In this document: piece by piece, positions 36,608 through 45,685 of the stretch | Numbering within the stretch: the stretch's first letter is position 1 | How the letters are laid out: every line of letters begins with the position of its first letter | Source of the DNA: Candidatus Berkelbacteria bacterium RIFCSPLOWO2_01_FULL_50_28 | GTDB taxonomy: Bacteria; Patescibacteriota; UBA1384; 2-12-FULL-50-11 | Assembly (NCBI GenBank): GCA_001774395.1 | Contig: MEZX01000003.1 | Span: 9,903 to 73,902, forward strand | Direction: 5' to 3' | Length of the DNA: 64,000 nt | Notes under the pieces: generated by a model | Seen by the model: only the letters and a program-made list of their open reading frames with translations | The model's database searches: none | Told to the model about the DNA's origin: nothing | Translations under genes and position numbers: made by a program

Positions 36608-37015
36608 CTACAAATACAGCCGTCCGATCGCGACAATGACAACGAAAGCGACCAGCGAGGCCCAGGTTAGAACCGGCAAGCCTTTAAGCGCTTCAGAATT
36701 ACCAGCAATGCCCGATGAGACTTTAGCATCGATCAAACGCACCGCCACCAGATAATCAAGGACTATTAATCCCATTTTTACCCAAAACCAAGGATTGGTG
36801 CCGGTATCCTCCCACTCCACATAGGCCATGTAAACACCGGTGATAACAAGCACCGACATGCCGTAGATGCCGAACCGACGGACAAACTTAATCGCTTTTA
36901 GTTTAAACCCGTCAAGCGGCCTAGAAACGGAAAATGCCAGCGAAAAAAAGACTACACCAACTACAACGCAGGCACCGAGAATGTGAAGCAGTAAGACAAT
37001 ATCGTGCAATTCCAT
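36608..37015 (-). CDS. hypothetical membrane protein
   Basis: 4 TM helices. Confidence 0.45.
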   Translation of the reverse strand: MELHDIVLLLHILGACVVVGVVFFSLAFSVSRPLDGFKLKAIKFVRRFGIYGMSVLVITGVYMAYVEWEDTGTNPWFWVKMGLIVLDYLVAVRLIDAKVSSGIAGNSEALKGLPVLTWASLVAFVVIVAIGRLYL

Positions 37016-37669
37016 CTAACCTCCTTGTAATGTTAACTCGTCCGTCAGAGCATTTTTGATCTCCGTGGAAGAGCTTTGGTCAGAGCGGAAAGTGAAAATC
37101 ACCCACGGGTTGATTCCAGCTGGTTGGTACAGTTTGAAAGCGTATTTTAGCCATTTTTGGGTAACCGTACTTCTGAAAATATAGGCATTTCTGTAGCCGT
37201 AGTACGGCTCGTCGAGCAGGGTGATTGTCTGGCTCGTCACACCAGTATCCCTAACAATATATTTTGGGAATATTTTGGTTGAGCCGTTGGTCTGAACCAA
37301 CCGCATTTCTAAATCAGCCGGCTCGTCGCTAGTGGTGCCGCTCAATCTCCAATCAATTTTGGCGCCGTTACTGGTGTCAATTGTCCACGAGCCGGGGAAA
37401 TCGAACGTAATACCGAAGCTCTCAACCGTCAAGATAGTGTTTTCATCGTCGATCTTTACCACCACGCCGCCTTCTAGCTCAGCTGCTTCGGCAACGTCGG
37501 CGGCCCGGTTGCCAGCGTGTTCAACCGTTAAAGTTTCCACTTTTTCGTGCACGGTAAGCTTGGCGTACAGATAGCCGTACGCTAAGTAGAACAGTCCAAG
37601 CGCAATGGCAATAACGAGCACAACAAGTAGCCAGCGGCGCCGGTTTTTTGGTTCTTGGTTATCTTCCAT
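37016..37669 (-). CDS. hypothetical membrane-anchored protein
   Basis: N-terminal TM helix. Confidence 0.45.
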   Translation of the reverse strand: MEDNQEPKNRRRWLLVVLVIAIALGLFYLAYGYLYAKLTVHEKVETLTVEHAGNRAADVAEAAELEGGVVVKIDDENTILTVESFGITFDFPGSWTIDTSNGAKIDWRLSGTTSDEPADLEMRLVQTNGSTKIFPKYIVRDTGVTSQTITLLDEPYYGYRNAYIFRSTVTQKWLKYAFKLYQPAGINPWVIFTFRSDQSSSTEIKNALTDELTLQGG

Positions 37670-37719
37670 ACCCTAACGATACACGAGTCCGTCGCCCAGG
37701 GCGACGTTGCGGCTCGAGG

Positions 37720-38355
37720 TTAGTCCGCGATCTTGAAGGTAGCGACGACGTTTTTGGAATCAGCGTAAACGGCTGTTAGATCGTCAGGAATGGCCTGGGC
37801 TTGGCTCCAGCCCCAGTAGTAGCTAGCGTTGTGGCCAAGTTCAGTTGGTATGTTAGCCTCCTGCTGAGACAGAGTCCATTGGGCTGGCGTATAAACTGAT
37901 ACCGCAAAAGCACTGGCGTACTTAGCGTCGTGGGTTGAATCAGCGTTCACCCAAGTGTCTTCCGTTGAAGTTGTGGGCATCTCAAAGTAACAGGTGACCA
38001 CAGCGTACCCCGGCTGCGGGTCCATATCCGCTTGCAGAATTTGTTTCACTTTGTGACCGGTCCATTTGGCACCAAATGTCAGATCAAAACCGTATGCGGC
38101 TGTATCGCCGCAAGCCACAAGGTTTTCATCAGCTGCGGTAATTGATGTGGTGGCCGGGGTTTTGGTGGTTTCCGGCGGATTCGTATTCGCAGTTTTCTTA
38201 GGCACTATGGAGTCGGATGTTTCGTCGGGCGCGGTGTTCTGCTGGTAAACCAAGTAACCCAAGACTCCTACCAATACTAAAGCAAACACCAATAGGAGCG
38301 TCTTCAAGCTCGTGCTGGCGTGATCGTGATTGGGCAGTTCGTCGTTCAGAAGCAT
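37720..38355 (-). CDS. surface protein paralog 1 (conserved TM anchor HASTSLKTLLLVFALVLVGVLGYLV)
   Basis: The N-terminal 45 aa are nearly identical to those of the next gene. Confidence 0.5.
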   Translation of the reverse strand: MLLNDELPNHDHASTSLKTLLLVFALVLVGVLGYLVYQQNTAPDETSDSIVPKKTANTNPPETTKTPATTSITAADENLVACGDTAAYGFDLTFGAKWTGHKVKQILQADMDPQPGYAVVTCYFEMPTTSTEDTWVNADSTHDAKYASAFAVSVYTPAQWTLSQQEANIPTELGHNASYYWGWSQAQAIPDDLTAVYADSKNVVATFKIAD

Positions 38356-38358
38356 TTT

Positions 38359-38913
38359 TTAGTTAGTAAGTTTGAAGGTAGCTGCAACGGTGTCAATCTT
38401 CAGGTTCACGGCTTTTGTCTCCCAACTCACCGGAAACGCCTGCGCGTGAGAGTATCCAAACACGTAGGTATCATTGGCTGCCAATCTAGTCGGTGTTGGA
38501 CCTTCATCATTCTGGAAAGCATTCCAAATTTTTGTCGGATATGCGCCGACAACCATCACCGTCGTATAACCAGCGATCGTCCTGGTCGTTCCGTCCGAAG
38601 TGCAGTTATCGCTTGCCGCACACGGCACAAAGAACTCGACATTTTTTATTGTCGGTTGGTCAGGATCGCTCCAAGTAGATGTCTTATACCCCGTCCAGGT
38701 ACTATTCAACTTCATGGTGTATCCGTGGGTAGTGTTGGTGTAGGTTAGGACGCTGGCGGTGCTCTGCGTGCTATTATCCACCTCCTCCGGCGCAGTGTTC
38801 TGCTGCCAAACAAGGTAACCTAAGACTCCTACCAGCACTAATGCAAATACCAGCAGCAACGCCTTCAAACTCGTACTAGCGTGTTCGTGATTTTCTATTC
38901 CGTTTAATTCCAT
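38359..38913 (-). CDS. surface protein paralog 2
   Basis: MELNGIENHEHASTSLKALLLVFALVLVGVLGYLVWQQNTAPEE. The C-terminal ATFKLTN tail is shared with paralog 1. Confidence 0.5.
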   Translation of the reverse strand: MELNGIENHEHASTSLKALLLVFALVLVGVLGYLVWQQNTAPEEVDNSTQSTASVLTYTNTTHGYTMKLNSTWTGYKTSTWSDPDQPTIKNVEFFVPCAASDNCTSDGTTRTIAGYTTVMVVGAYPTKIWNAFQNDEGPTPTRLAANDTYVFGYSHAQAFPVSWETKAVNLKIDTVAATFKLTN

Positions 38914-38935
38914 AAATTCCCCCTTCGACTCCACG

Positions 38936-39127
38936 CTAGTGTGTTTGAGGTACGACGTCAACTCCTGGGGCAGCCGCTTGCTGATCTACTTCGTCATAGA
39001 TTAGTTTAATTTCGCTTTTTTGACTAACAACAAGATACCCCAGGGCTCCGATTAGAATTAAGGCAAACACCAGCAGCCACAGCTTGAGCCCTGCTCCTAC
39101 TTCGTTTTCACCCATTGAAAACATCAT
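38936..39127 (-). CDS. surface protein paralog 3 (short, possibly a fragment)
   Basis: LKLWLLVFALILIGALGYLV is the same anchor family. Confidence 0.35.
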   Translation of the reverse strand: MMFSMGENEVGAGLKLWLLVFALILIGALGYLVVSQKSEIKLIYDEVDQQAAAPGVDVVPQTH

Positions 39128-39233
39128 ACTAAAACGTGTTTCTCAGAAAAGCGTTAATTGACTACAAAGCCCCTGGAGAATATACTGCCAGATGAAAGTA
39201 GAAAAATGACCAACAAGATAACGAAAGGACAGT

Positions 39234-40721
39234 ATGAATTCAACAACTATCGCGATACTCGCGGCCGTAGGGGGTATAGTCGGGGGCTTTATTGTGCGCC
39301 AAATACTCTTAACACGCTCGCAGGAGGATTTAGAGAGTAAGTCGAAGGAAATCATTTTAGAGGCCAAAGAAGAGGCTCTAAAAATACGCGAGGAAGCCAA
39401 GAAGGGCGACGCGGACCACAAGAAGGAGTTAGACAAAGTCGAAAGCCAGCTGCGAGAGCGGGAGGCTTCTTTGGAGCGCCGGATGGAAAAAATCGAGAGT
39501 GAAAAAAGCCAACTCGAAGCCGAGTCAGAACACTTGGACTTGGCCAAAAAGGACATCACCAAACTGCACGAGGATCAAGAGAAGGAGCTGGCCAGTATCG
39601 CTAAAATGACGCGCGACGAAGCAAAGGATCGCTTGTTGAAAGAAGTGGAAAAAGACTATTCCGAGGATATTATTCGCAAGATCCGCTCGATGAAAGAGCA
39701 GATGAAATCCACCTGGGATGCCGAAGCCAAAGAGATTATTGCTACCGCCATCGAACGGCTCGCTACCGAGCAAACTGCCGAAATGACGGTGTACTCCGTT
39801 CACCTGCCAAGCGACGAGATAAAAGGCAAGATCATCGGCAAAGAGGGCCGCAACATTCAGGCGTTTGAAAAAGCGACAGGGGTAGATTTGGTTGTGGACG
39901 AAACGCCCGAGACAGTTACCGTGTCGAGCTTTGATCCGATCCGCCGAGCAGTGGCCGTAAAATCCTTGCAGATGCTCATTAAGGACGGCCGCATTCAGCC
40001 AGCCAAAATTGAAGAGTTTGTGAAAAAAGCCCAAAGCCAAACCGAAGACGAAATTAAAGAAGCTGGCGAACAGGCCGTGGCCGAAGTTGGACTGGGAGGC
40101 ATTCACCCAGAGTTGGTAAGGTTGCTCGGCTCGATGAAATTTCGCACTTCTTACGGCCAAAACCAACTTGCTCACGCCATCGAAGTTACCCACATTGCCG
40201 GACAGCTAGCCGAAGAAATTGGGGCTGATGTGAATATCTCCAAAAAAGGCGCGCTGTTGCATGATATTGGTAAAGCCGTCTCACACGAGCTGCCTGGTAG
40301 TCACGTTGATGTTGGCGTAGAGCTAGCTCGTAAGTACGGGATGAGCGAAGCGGTAATCCACTGTATCGAAGCCAGCCACGAGGACATTGATGCCAAGAGC
40401 GTTGAGGCGATTCTCTCGCGAGTGGCCGACGCTATATCGTCGGCTCGTCCGGGAGCGCGACGCGAATCTACCGAGCAGTACATCAAGCGCATGACCGATT
40501 TAGAAAACGTCGCCAATGCCTTCACTGGAGTGGAAAAATCATTCGCCATTCAGGCTGGTCGCGAAGTACGAATACTAGTTAAGCCCGAATTGATTGACGA
40601 TTTAACCGCGATGAAACTGGCTCGCGATATTGCCAATAAGATTGAGGCGGATCTGCAGTATCCTGGCACGGTGAAAGTTAACGTCATCCGCGAAACACGG
40701 TTTGCAGAGATCGCGAGGTAA
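39234..40721 (+). CDS. rny: ribonuclease Y
   Basis: N-terminal TM helix, a coiled-coil, a KH domain and an HD domain (LLHDIGK). Confidence 0.85.
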   Translation: MNSTTIAILAAVGGIVGGFIVRQILLTRSQEDLESKSKEIILEAKEEALKIREEAKKGDADHKKELDKVESQLREREASLERRMEKIESEKSQLEAESEHLDLAKKDITKLHEDQEKELASIAKMTRDEAKDRLLKEVEKDYSEDIIRKIRSMKEQMKSTWDAEAKEIIATAIERLATEQTAEMTVYSVHLPSDEIKGKIIGKEGRNIQAFEKATGVDLVVDETPETVTVSSFDPIRRAVAVKSLQMLIKDGRIQPAKIEEFVKKAQSQTEDEIKEAGEQAVAEVGLGGIHPELVRLLGSMKFRTSYGQNQLAHAIEVTHIAGQLAEEIGADVNISKKGALLHDIGKAVSHELPGSHVDVGVELARKYGMSEAVIHCIEASHEDIDAKSVEAILSRVADAISSARPGARRESTEQYIKRMTDLENVANAFTGVEKSFAIQAGREVRILVKPELIDDLTAMKLARDIANKIEADLQYPGTVKVNVIRETRFAEIAR

Positions 40722-40739
40722 ACCTCGGCTTCACCGCAA

Positions 40740-41096
40740 TCAGCTGTCGGCTCTCAGCTTTTTTGAGAAAGATCCAAGCTGCTTTCTTAAGGCGTAGTGC
40801 CTGACCATCAGTGACTCATAATTGAGTCGGGTGAGATCTTTAGCTACATCTAAGCACGCCGTAACCTCGTAAACTGACCCAAGGGCGTTGTGAATATATC
40901 GATTAAAATCCTTGTCAGAATTTTTACCAGAACCCTCGGCAATATTCAGGACGACCGATAGTGACGCCCGTCTAATTTGATTAACTAAGTATTCAAGTTC
41001 ACGAGGAAATTTCTTAGTGAACTCGAATATCTCTTTATGAAGCTCTTTGGCTAGCTGGTAGACACGGAACTCATTAAATCGAAAATCTTCGGTCAT
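40740..41096 (-). CDS. four-helix-bundle protein (23S rRNA IVS-associated family)
   Basis: 118 aa with VYQLAKEL...LNIAEGSG motifs. Confidence 0.55.
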   Translation of the reverse strand: MTEDFRFNEFRVYQLAKELHKEIFEFTKKFPRELEYLVNQIRRASLSVVLNIAEGSGKNSDKDFNRYIHNALGSVYEVTACLDVAKDLTRLNYESLMVRHYALRKQLGSFSKKLRADS

Positions 41097-41163
41097 ATTA
41101 CTATCCTAGCTGAAAGCTGACAGCCGCTTGCTGATAGCTACTAAAAGCCTTACGCTTTTAGTA

Positions 41164-41379
41164 ATGGACAAAGCGGGTTTGGCAAAAAAATTAGCGTCGG
41201 CTAGCCAGCTATCTGACGCGGAGGCTACTAAGTTTATCGATAGCTTCTGCGCTACTCTTGCTGAAAACTTTCGCCAGGGCGAGAAAGTGGTAATTGCCGA
41301 TTTTGGTAGCTTTTTCGTCCGCGAAGATAAATCTGTGCAGTTCAATCCCAGCGCCAAACTCAAAGAAAAAATCGGCTAG
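41164..41379 (+). CDS. hup: HU/IHF-family DNA-binding protein
   Basis: MDKAGLAKKLA...VADFGSF...FNPSAKLK. Confidence 0.75.
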   Translation: MDKAGLAKKLASASQLSDAEATKFIDSFCATLAENFRQGEKVVIADFGSFFVREDKSVQFNPSAKLKEKIG

Positions 41380-41470
41380 TCGCCTCTCGACTCACTTTGT
41401 TCGCTCGAGGTTTTTCGGCAGTCTCTCGTAAGATACGAGCTTACTTCGAGCCTGTCGAGAAGTGCCCCCC

Positions 41471-41513
41471 GCAGGAGTTGCACCTGCGACCATTTCAAGC
41501 TTTTCTTTGGCGG
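41471..41513 (+). repeat. 43-bp direct repeat R1 (gcaggagttgcacctgcgaccatttcaagcttttctttggcgg)
   Basis: Identical 43-mer to 42632-42674. Both resemble the complement of the tRNA-Arg 3' end (ggcgccccc/tggcaggaNNNNgacctgc). Confidence 0.8.
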
Positions 41514-41647
41514 AGTTCGGATGTACTGAAATTTTAGCGAATTTCGGTCTTGTAGGTAGAGCCTTTGTTCTTTGAATTATCAAATAGAAAAACGCGCCAA
41601 AGGTCTAAAGACATGGCGCGTTTGGCTGGCGGGAGATGCGAGGTGGA

Positions 41648-42316
41648 TCAGCCGGTGAGGTACGCGAGAAGCGCAGCCCAGTTCTTGGCGCGGACCGTGT
41701 CGGACCGCTTGCTGTACTCCTCGTACTCCAACGCCTTCGAGAGATCCTGCGGGTCGAATCGATCGACCCAGTTCCTCGTGTTGGAGAGGAGTACCTTGCT
41801 ACCCTCGACCGTGAAGGCCGTGGGGGCACTCTCGCCACCGTCGTAGTTGAAGGCATCGAAGCAGGCAGAGGCGGGATGCGAGTGGTGGCTGCAGTCGGTG
41901 AAGACGGCGACATACTTCGCACCGGCTCTGACCGCGGCCAGCAACCCGATGAAGATGCCGACGGACATCTCCTGTCCCATGAACTGCGCCCCATCCGGAC
42001 CTTGCGCCTGCTGTGAAGCGGGCACGAGGAGATCTGTCAGAACGACATCGAAGTTCGGGTAGGTGGTCGCCTGCTCGTTCGCCGCTTCCACGGAGGTAAA
42101 GTATTCGGCCTTCTTTGCCTCATCGTCGGATCGATAGGGGTCGAAGTCGCCGAACTGCAGTTTGAGAGCAACCGAGGCCTTCTGGTAGTCGCACTGTGGT
42201 GTGAGCAGCCTTTGCGCCTCGTCGTAGGTGTCGACGACCGTGAGGTCGTGGTTCTTGAGTTGGGCTTGGGCGGCTGCGAGATGGATCCTGTTGTCATCGA
42301 ACAATAGAATACGCAT
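41648..42316 (-). CDS. response-regulator receiver (REC)-like protein, GC-rich cassette
   Basis: N-terminal MRILLFDDN...VLTDLLVP is REC-like. It is markedly GC-richer than its surroundings. Confidence 0.45.
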   Translation of the reverse strand: MRILLFDDNRIHLAAAQAQLKNHDLTVVDTYDEAQRLLTPQCDYQKASVALKLQFGDFDPYRSDDEAKKAEYFTSVEAANEQATTYPNFDVVLTDLLVPASQQAQGPDGAQFMGQEMSVGIFIGLLAAVRAGAKYVAVFTDCSHHSHPASACFDAFNYDGGESAPTAFTVEGSKVLLSNTRNWVDRFDPQDLSKALEYEEYSKRSDTVRAKNWAALLAYLTG

Positions 42317-42631
42317 GGCTTAATCCTCCATTCGGTTGGATTTGTGATCCCGTCCACTCGACATGAGTAGCGCGTCAGATACCTGAATCAGATGTCCAAT
42401 GTGCTACTCACAGAGTAAACTAAAAAGGATTTCCCACTTTTTCTCCCGCTTTATCAAAGAGCTATCTGTAATTTAAGGGGAAATTCATCGCCTCAAATTA
42501 TGTGTGAGTATAGCGTATGGTGTCTATCCTGTAAAGCCCGACTGACTACGATTTGATCTCTGCTAATAACCAACTAAAAAGCCCTATTTCAGGAAATCCT
42601 TCACTATTAACTCCTTTAACGTGGCGCCCTC

Positions 42632-42674
42632 GGCAGGAGTTGCACCTGCGACCATTTCAAGCTTTTCTTTGGCG
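42632..42674 (+). repeat. 43-bp direct repeat R2
   Basis: Exact copy of R1, preceded by ggcgccctcg, which matches the complement of the tRNA-Arg 3' end. Confidence 0.8.
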
Positions 42675-42677
42675 GCG

Positions 42678-43580
42678 CTAAAATCGTGATTTACTCAATT
42701 TCCTATCCAAATCTTCTAAATAATAATATGGCGCCGATTGTAATTCAATCGCTCGTTTTACCTCTTCCAAGGTTTGCTTTTTGTTCCTCTTCGCGATTTT
42801 CAACAAGAGTGCAAAGAAAGTGCAGTTTTCATGTTTTCCAGTTTCTTGCACATTCAACATTTGAATCAAAATCGGCACTAAAGTTCTTGATGGAATTTTT
42901 AAAACTCTTGCAACAAATACTTTATCGTCAAAGATTTTATCTCCAACCTGTTCGATTTTTTGTAACACGATTTGCAGTTTCTTTGCTTCCAGTTGGGGTA
43001 ATTTTTCAAGATAAGGTTTTATGTTTATCTTCTTTTGATCAATCAGCTCTTTTTCCAAAAGTGCCACCACCCACTCATTAGAAACATTTATCAAACTATG
43101 AAAATTACCCAAACCATTTTCTTTAACGACATAAAACCAGTTTTTCCAAGATTTAAGCTGGCTTTTACAATATTTTTCAGAAAACTTGGCATAAGCCGAT
43201 GTCTTCTCCGTTGGTACATTTCGAGTAAGAGAAAAATCAAATTTCATTTCTCCTACAAGCGGCTTAAATCCTTTCTTCGTGGGGTTGATTTTGCCAAGAA
43301 TCTTTACCCTCGCTCTTCTAACTTCGGGGTGTGGATTCAGCAAACTGACCTCGTCGCCAGTAAAGCCGTGCGGAGGAAATACGATAATTCTCTTTACAAA
43401 TCTCGCATCCTCGCTTTTCAAACGAACAAAAAAGCAAGCTGGTCTTGTAATTACTTCTGCTTCTCTGTTGCCAAGAACTTTCTTGAAAGTTTTTTGGAAA
43501 AGCGAAGATGTATAAATTTCATAGAAATTGGATTGCATAGCATGATTAAAGAGTTTTCTTCCCCCAAAATTGAATACCAA
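42678..43580 (-). CDS. hypothetical basic protein (AT-rich, tRNA-Arg-adjacent island cargo)
   Basis: 300 aa with no recognised domain. Its 3' end overlaps R2. Confidence 0.4.
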   Translation of the reverse strand: MVFNFGGRKLFNHAMQSNFYEIYTSSLFQKTFKKVLGNREAEVITRPACFFVRLKSEDARFVKRIIVFPPHGFTGDEVSLLNPHPEVRRARVKILGKINPTKKGFKPLVGEMKFDFSLTRNVPTEKTSAYAKFSEKYCKSQLKSWKNWFYVVKENGLGNFHSLINVSNEWVVALLEKELIDQKKINIKPYLEKLPQLEAKKLQIVLQKIEQVGDKIFDDKVFVARVLKIPSRTLVPILIQMLNVQETGKHENCTFFALLLKIAKRNKKQTLEEVKRAIELQSAPYYYLEDLDRKLSKSRF

Positions 43581-43631
43581 TTAGTTGTCGAGCGAAGCGA
43601 GGCGAACCAAAACTCTTTGACTTTTCCTTTC

Positions 43632-43706
43632 TGGCGCCCCCGGCAGGAATCGGACCTGCATCTACAGCTTAGGAGTCTGTAGCTCTGTCCATTGAGCTAC
43701 GGGGGC
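43632..43706 (-). tRNA. tRNA-Arg (CCT), CCA encoded
   Basis: Reverse complement: acceptor gcccccg/cgggggc, anticodon loop ctcctaa, T-arm gcaggtccgattcctgc, 3' CCA. Confidence 0.75.
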
Positions 43707-44209
43707 GTAATTACTTACTATTATACTTTTACGGCGGTAGGTAGCACGCTACCCACCGCCGCGGTCAGAGGAGAAGCCAGTCGTCCGGATTATCCGAATC
43801 CGATCCGGTCCAGGGCCCAAGCCCCAGAAGCAATACCCCACAGGGTCGATCATAAGACTGTGAGTGACCAGGAGTTGCCTCACGCGTCGTTTGAGTGACT
43901 GGTGCTGGAGTCTGCTTTGTGATCGGTTTCGTATGGAACCGTTCGTACCAACTCCTTCTAAGTTGCGATAGGCTCGTTAAAAGAGCCATTTTCCCCTCCT
44001 TGGGAATCCCGTAGGATGTGAACAATCCTAGTCTTTCAGGTAAAATATGTCAAGCTTCGACTTTGCTCTCGTTCGAGTCTGAGCCTGAGGGCTCATCCCT
44101 CACCCTTCGACTCTGCTCGGGGTGCCCTGAGTGATATTGAATGGGCAGAGTCAAAGACAGCTTGACTCTGAGCCAGTCGAACGAGTCAAGCAAGCGGAGT
44201 TTCCGCTAT

Positions 44210-44282
44210 CGGGCTGTGGCGCAGTTGGTAGCGCGCGTCGTTCGGGACGACGAGGTCGTGGGTTCAAGTCCCGCCAGCCCGA
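44210..44282 (+). tRNA. tRNA-Pro (CGG)
   Basis: Acceptor cgggctg/cagcccg, anticodon loop ttcggga. Confidence 0.75.
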
Positions 44283-44284
44283 CA

Positions 44285-44779
44285 ATGAGAGAGAAGATTA
44301 TAGCGCTGGTAATTCTAGCCCTGCTCACCGCAGGTGGTGGGGTGGTTATCGGTGCGGCAAAAAGTGATCGGGCCACACTAAAAGCCAGTAGCGAGCTCCA
44401 GCAGGCAACCATAAAAGTCGGCAAAAAAACTTTCACGGCCGAACTGGCACTAAGTGTGGCCGAGCAAGCGCAGGGTCTTTCGAACCGCCCATCAATGCCA
44501 AAAGATCACGGCATGCTTTTTGTCTTTACTCGCCCCACGTCGCCCCCGTTTTGGATGAAAGATATGCAGTTCTCGATTGACATCGTCTGGATTCTGCGCG
44601 ATAGGGTTGTCGGCATCTCGCCTAATTTACCGATCCCCAAACCGGGCACAAAACCAGAAAAACTACCAATCTACTCGCCGCCATCGCCGGTTGATTACGT
44701 GCTCGAGCTACGAGCAGGCCAGTCGAGGGGTGTCCGGATCGACGACATCGTGACAATTCTCAACCCTCAAGCAATCTAG
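44285..44779 (+). CDS. DUF192 domain protein
   Basis: MPKDHGMLFVF...PFWMKDMQFSIDIVWI...VLELRAG. The ORF-track start at 44141 overlaps the tRNA. Confidence 0.6.
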   Translation: MREKIIALVILALLTAGGGVVIGAAKSDRATLKASSELQQATIKVGKKTFTAELALSVAEQAQGLSNRPSMPKDHGMLFVFTRPTSPPFWMKDMQFSIDIVWILRDRVVGISPNLPIPKPGTKPEKLPIYSPPSPVDYVLELRAGQSRGVRIDDIVTILNPQAI

Positions 44780-45169
44780 ATGACTTTCTCGGAAACCGTG
44801 ATCGGGATTATCCGCAACATCCCGCGCGGGAAAGTTGCCACCTACGGTCAGGTTGCGGCCTTAGCTGGCAGCCCAAGAGCAGCTTTGATGGTTGGTCGAA
44901 TCTTGCGATACGCAAGCGAGCGCGAGCAATTTACCTCGAGCCCACCTGTCCCGAGCCGAGTCGAGGGAGTCGAGAGGCTGCCGTGGCAAAGAGTGATTAA
45001 CTCGCAAGGTCGGATTTCAATTATCAACATCAGTTATCCAGCCGAACTTCAGGCCAAACTTCTGCAAGAAGAGGGGGTAAGGGTAACTATGCGCTCGAAT
45101 AGCTACTTCGTCGACCTGGGAGAATATTTGGTTGCGCTTGACCGATTGGAGTTTACGCCTAAGATTTAA
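44780..45169 (+). CDS. alkyltransferase-like (MGMT DNA-binding domain) protein
   Basis: GKVATYGQVAALAGSPRAA...PWQRVINSQG, and it lacks the PCHR cysteine. Confidence 0.6.
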   Translation: MTFSETVIGIIRNIPRGKVATYGQVAALAGSPRAALMVGRILRYASEREQFTSSPPVPSRVEGVERLPWQRVINSQGRISIINISYPAELQAKLLQEEGVRVTMRSNSYFVDLGEYLVALDRLEFTPKI

Positions 45170-45180
45170 TTAGGAGGACT

Positions 45181-45525
45181 ATGGAAAAACAACAACGAGC
45201 GTGGGGCGAGTGGGCGTTTGTGCTGGGACTGCTATTTGCGATCTTTTTGGCATTTTTCCCGAATTTGCTTGAATCGGGAACTTCGGGCGTTGTCTTGGTG
45301 ATTCTGGGAGCAATTGTTGGACTTTGGAACATCACCTCTAAAGAGCGGGCAGAATTTCTGGTTGCCGCCATCGCCTTGATGCTTATTGGATCGGGCGGTC
45401 TGCAACAGATTCCGACCGTTGGACCGGCCTTGCGAGACTTCGCCGTAAATCTGTTTGCCTTTGTGGCGCCAGCAACGTTCGTGGTGGCAATAAAAGCGAT
45501 CATCGACCTTGGCCGACGCGCGTAG
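45181..45525 (+). CDS. hypothetical membrane protein
   Basis: 3 TM helices. Confidence 0.45.
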   Translation: MEKQQRAWGEWAFVLGLLFAIFLAFFPNLLESGTSGVVLVILGAIVGLWNITSKERAEFLVAAIALMLIGSGGLQQIPTVGPALRDFAVNLFAFVAPATFVVAIKAIIDLGRRA

Positions 45526-45609
45526 ACATTCGAAAGTTGACGGTATTTCGGGTAGAATCACCTTACCGCGGGTGTCATATCTCCCCAAGGGTCATATGAA
45601 CCTCGCTTT

Positions 45610-45681
45610 GCGGGTGTCATATAGCGGTTATTATGTCAGTTTTCCAAACTGAAAACGGCGGTTCGACTCCGCTCACCCGCT
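45610..45681 (+). tRNA. tRNA-Gly (TCC)
   Basis: Acceptor gcgggtg/cacccgc, anticodon arm tcagt-tttccaa-actga, T-arm ggcggttcgactccgct. Confidence 0.7.
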
Positions 45682-45685
45682 CAAG

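Noticed and set aside
36293-36755. ORFs 36293-36604 and 36309-36755
   Set aside because: They overlap tRNA-Pro and a GC-rich hairpin region. The Arg/Pro-rich translations suggest non-coding sequence.
41600-42357. ORFs 41605-41994, 41636-42016, 42037-42357 and others overlapping the REC-like gene
   Set aside because: All lie within one GC-rich segment in alternative frames of the 41648-42316 gene. The Arg/Ser/Pro-rich translations are artefacts.
43707-44209. Assignment of the tRNA-Arg/tRNA-Pro spacer to RNase P RNA, tmRNA or SRP RNA
   Set aside because: I could not find the GGAAAGUCCGGGC or ACAGAANCCGGCUUA RNase P motifs, a tmRNA GGGG start with a tRNA-like 3' end and tag ORF, or the SRP GGAAGGAAGCAGC motif on either strand. 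I leave it as an unassigned candidate.
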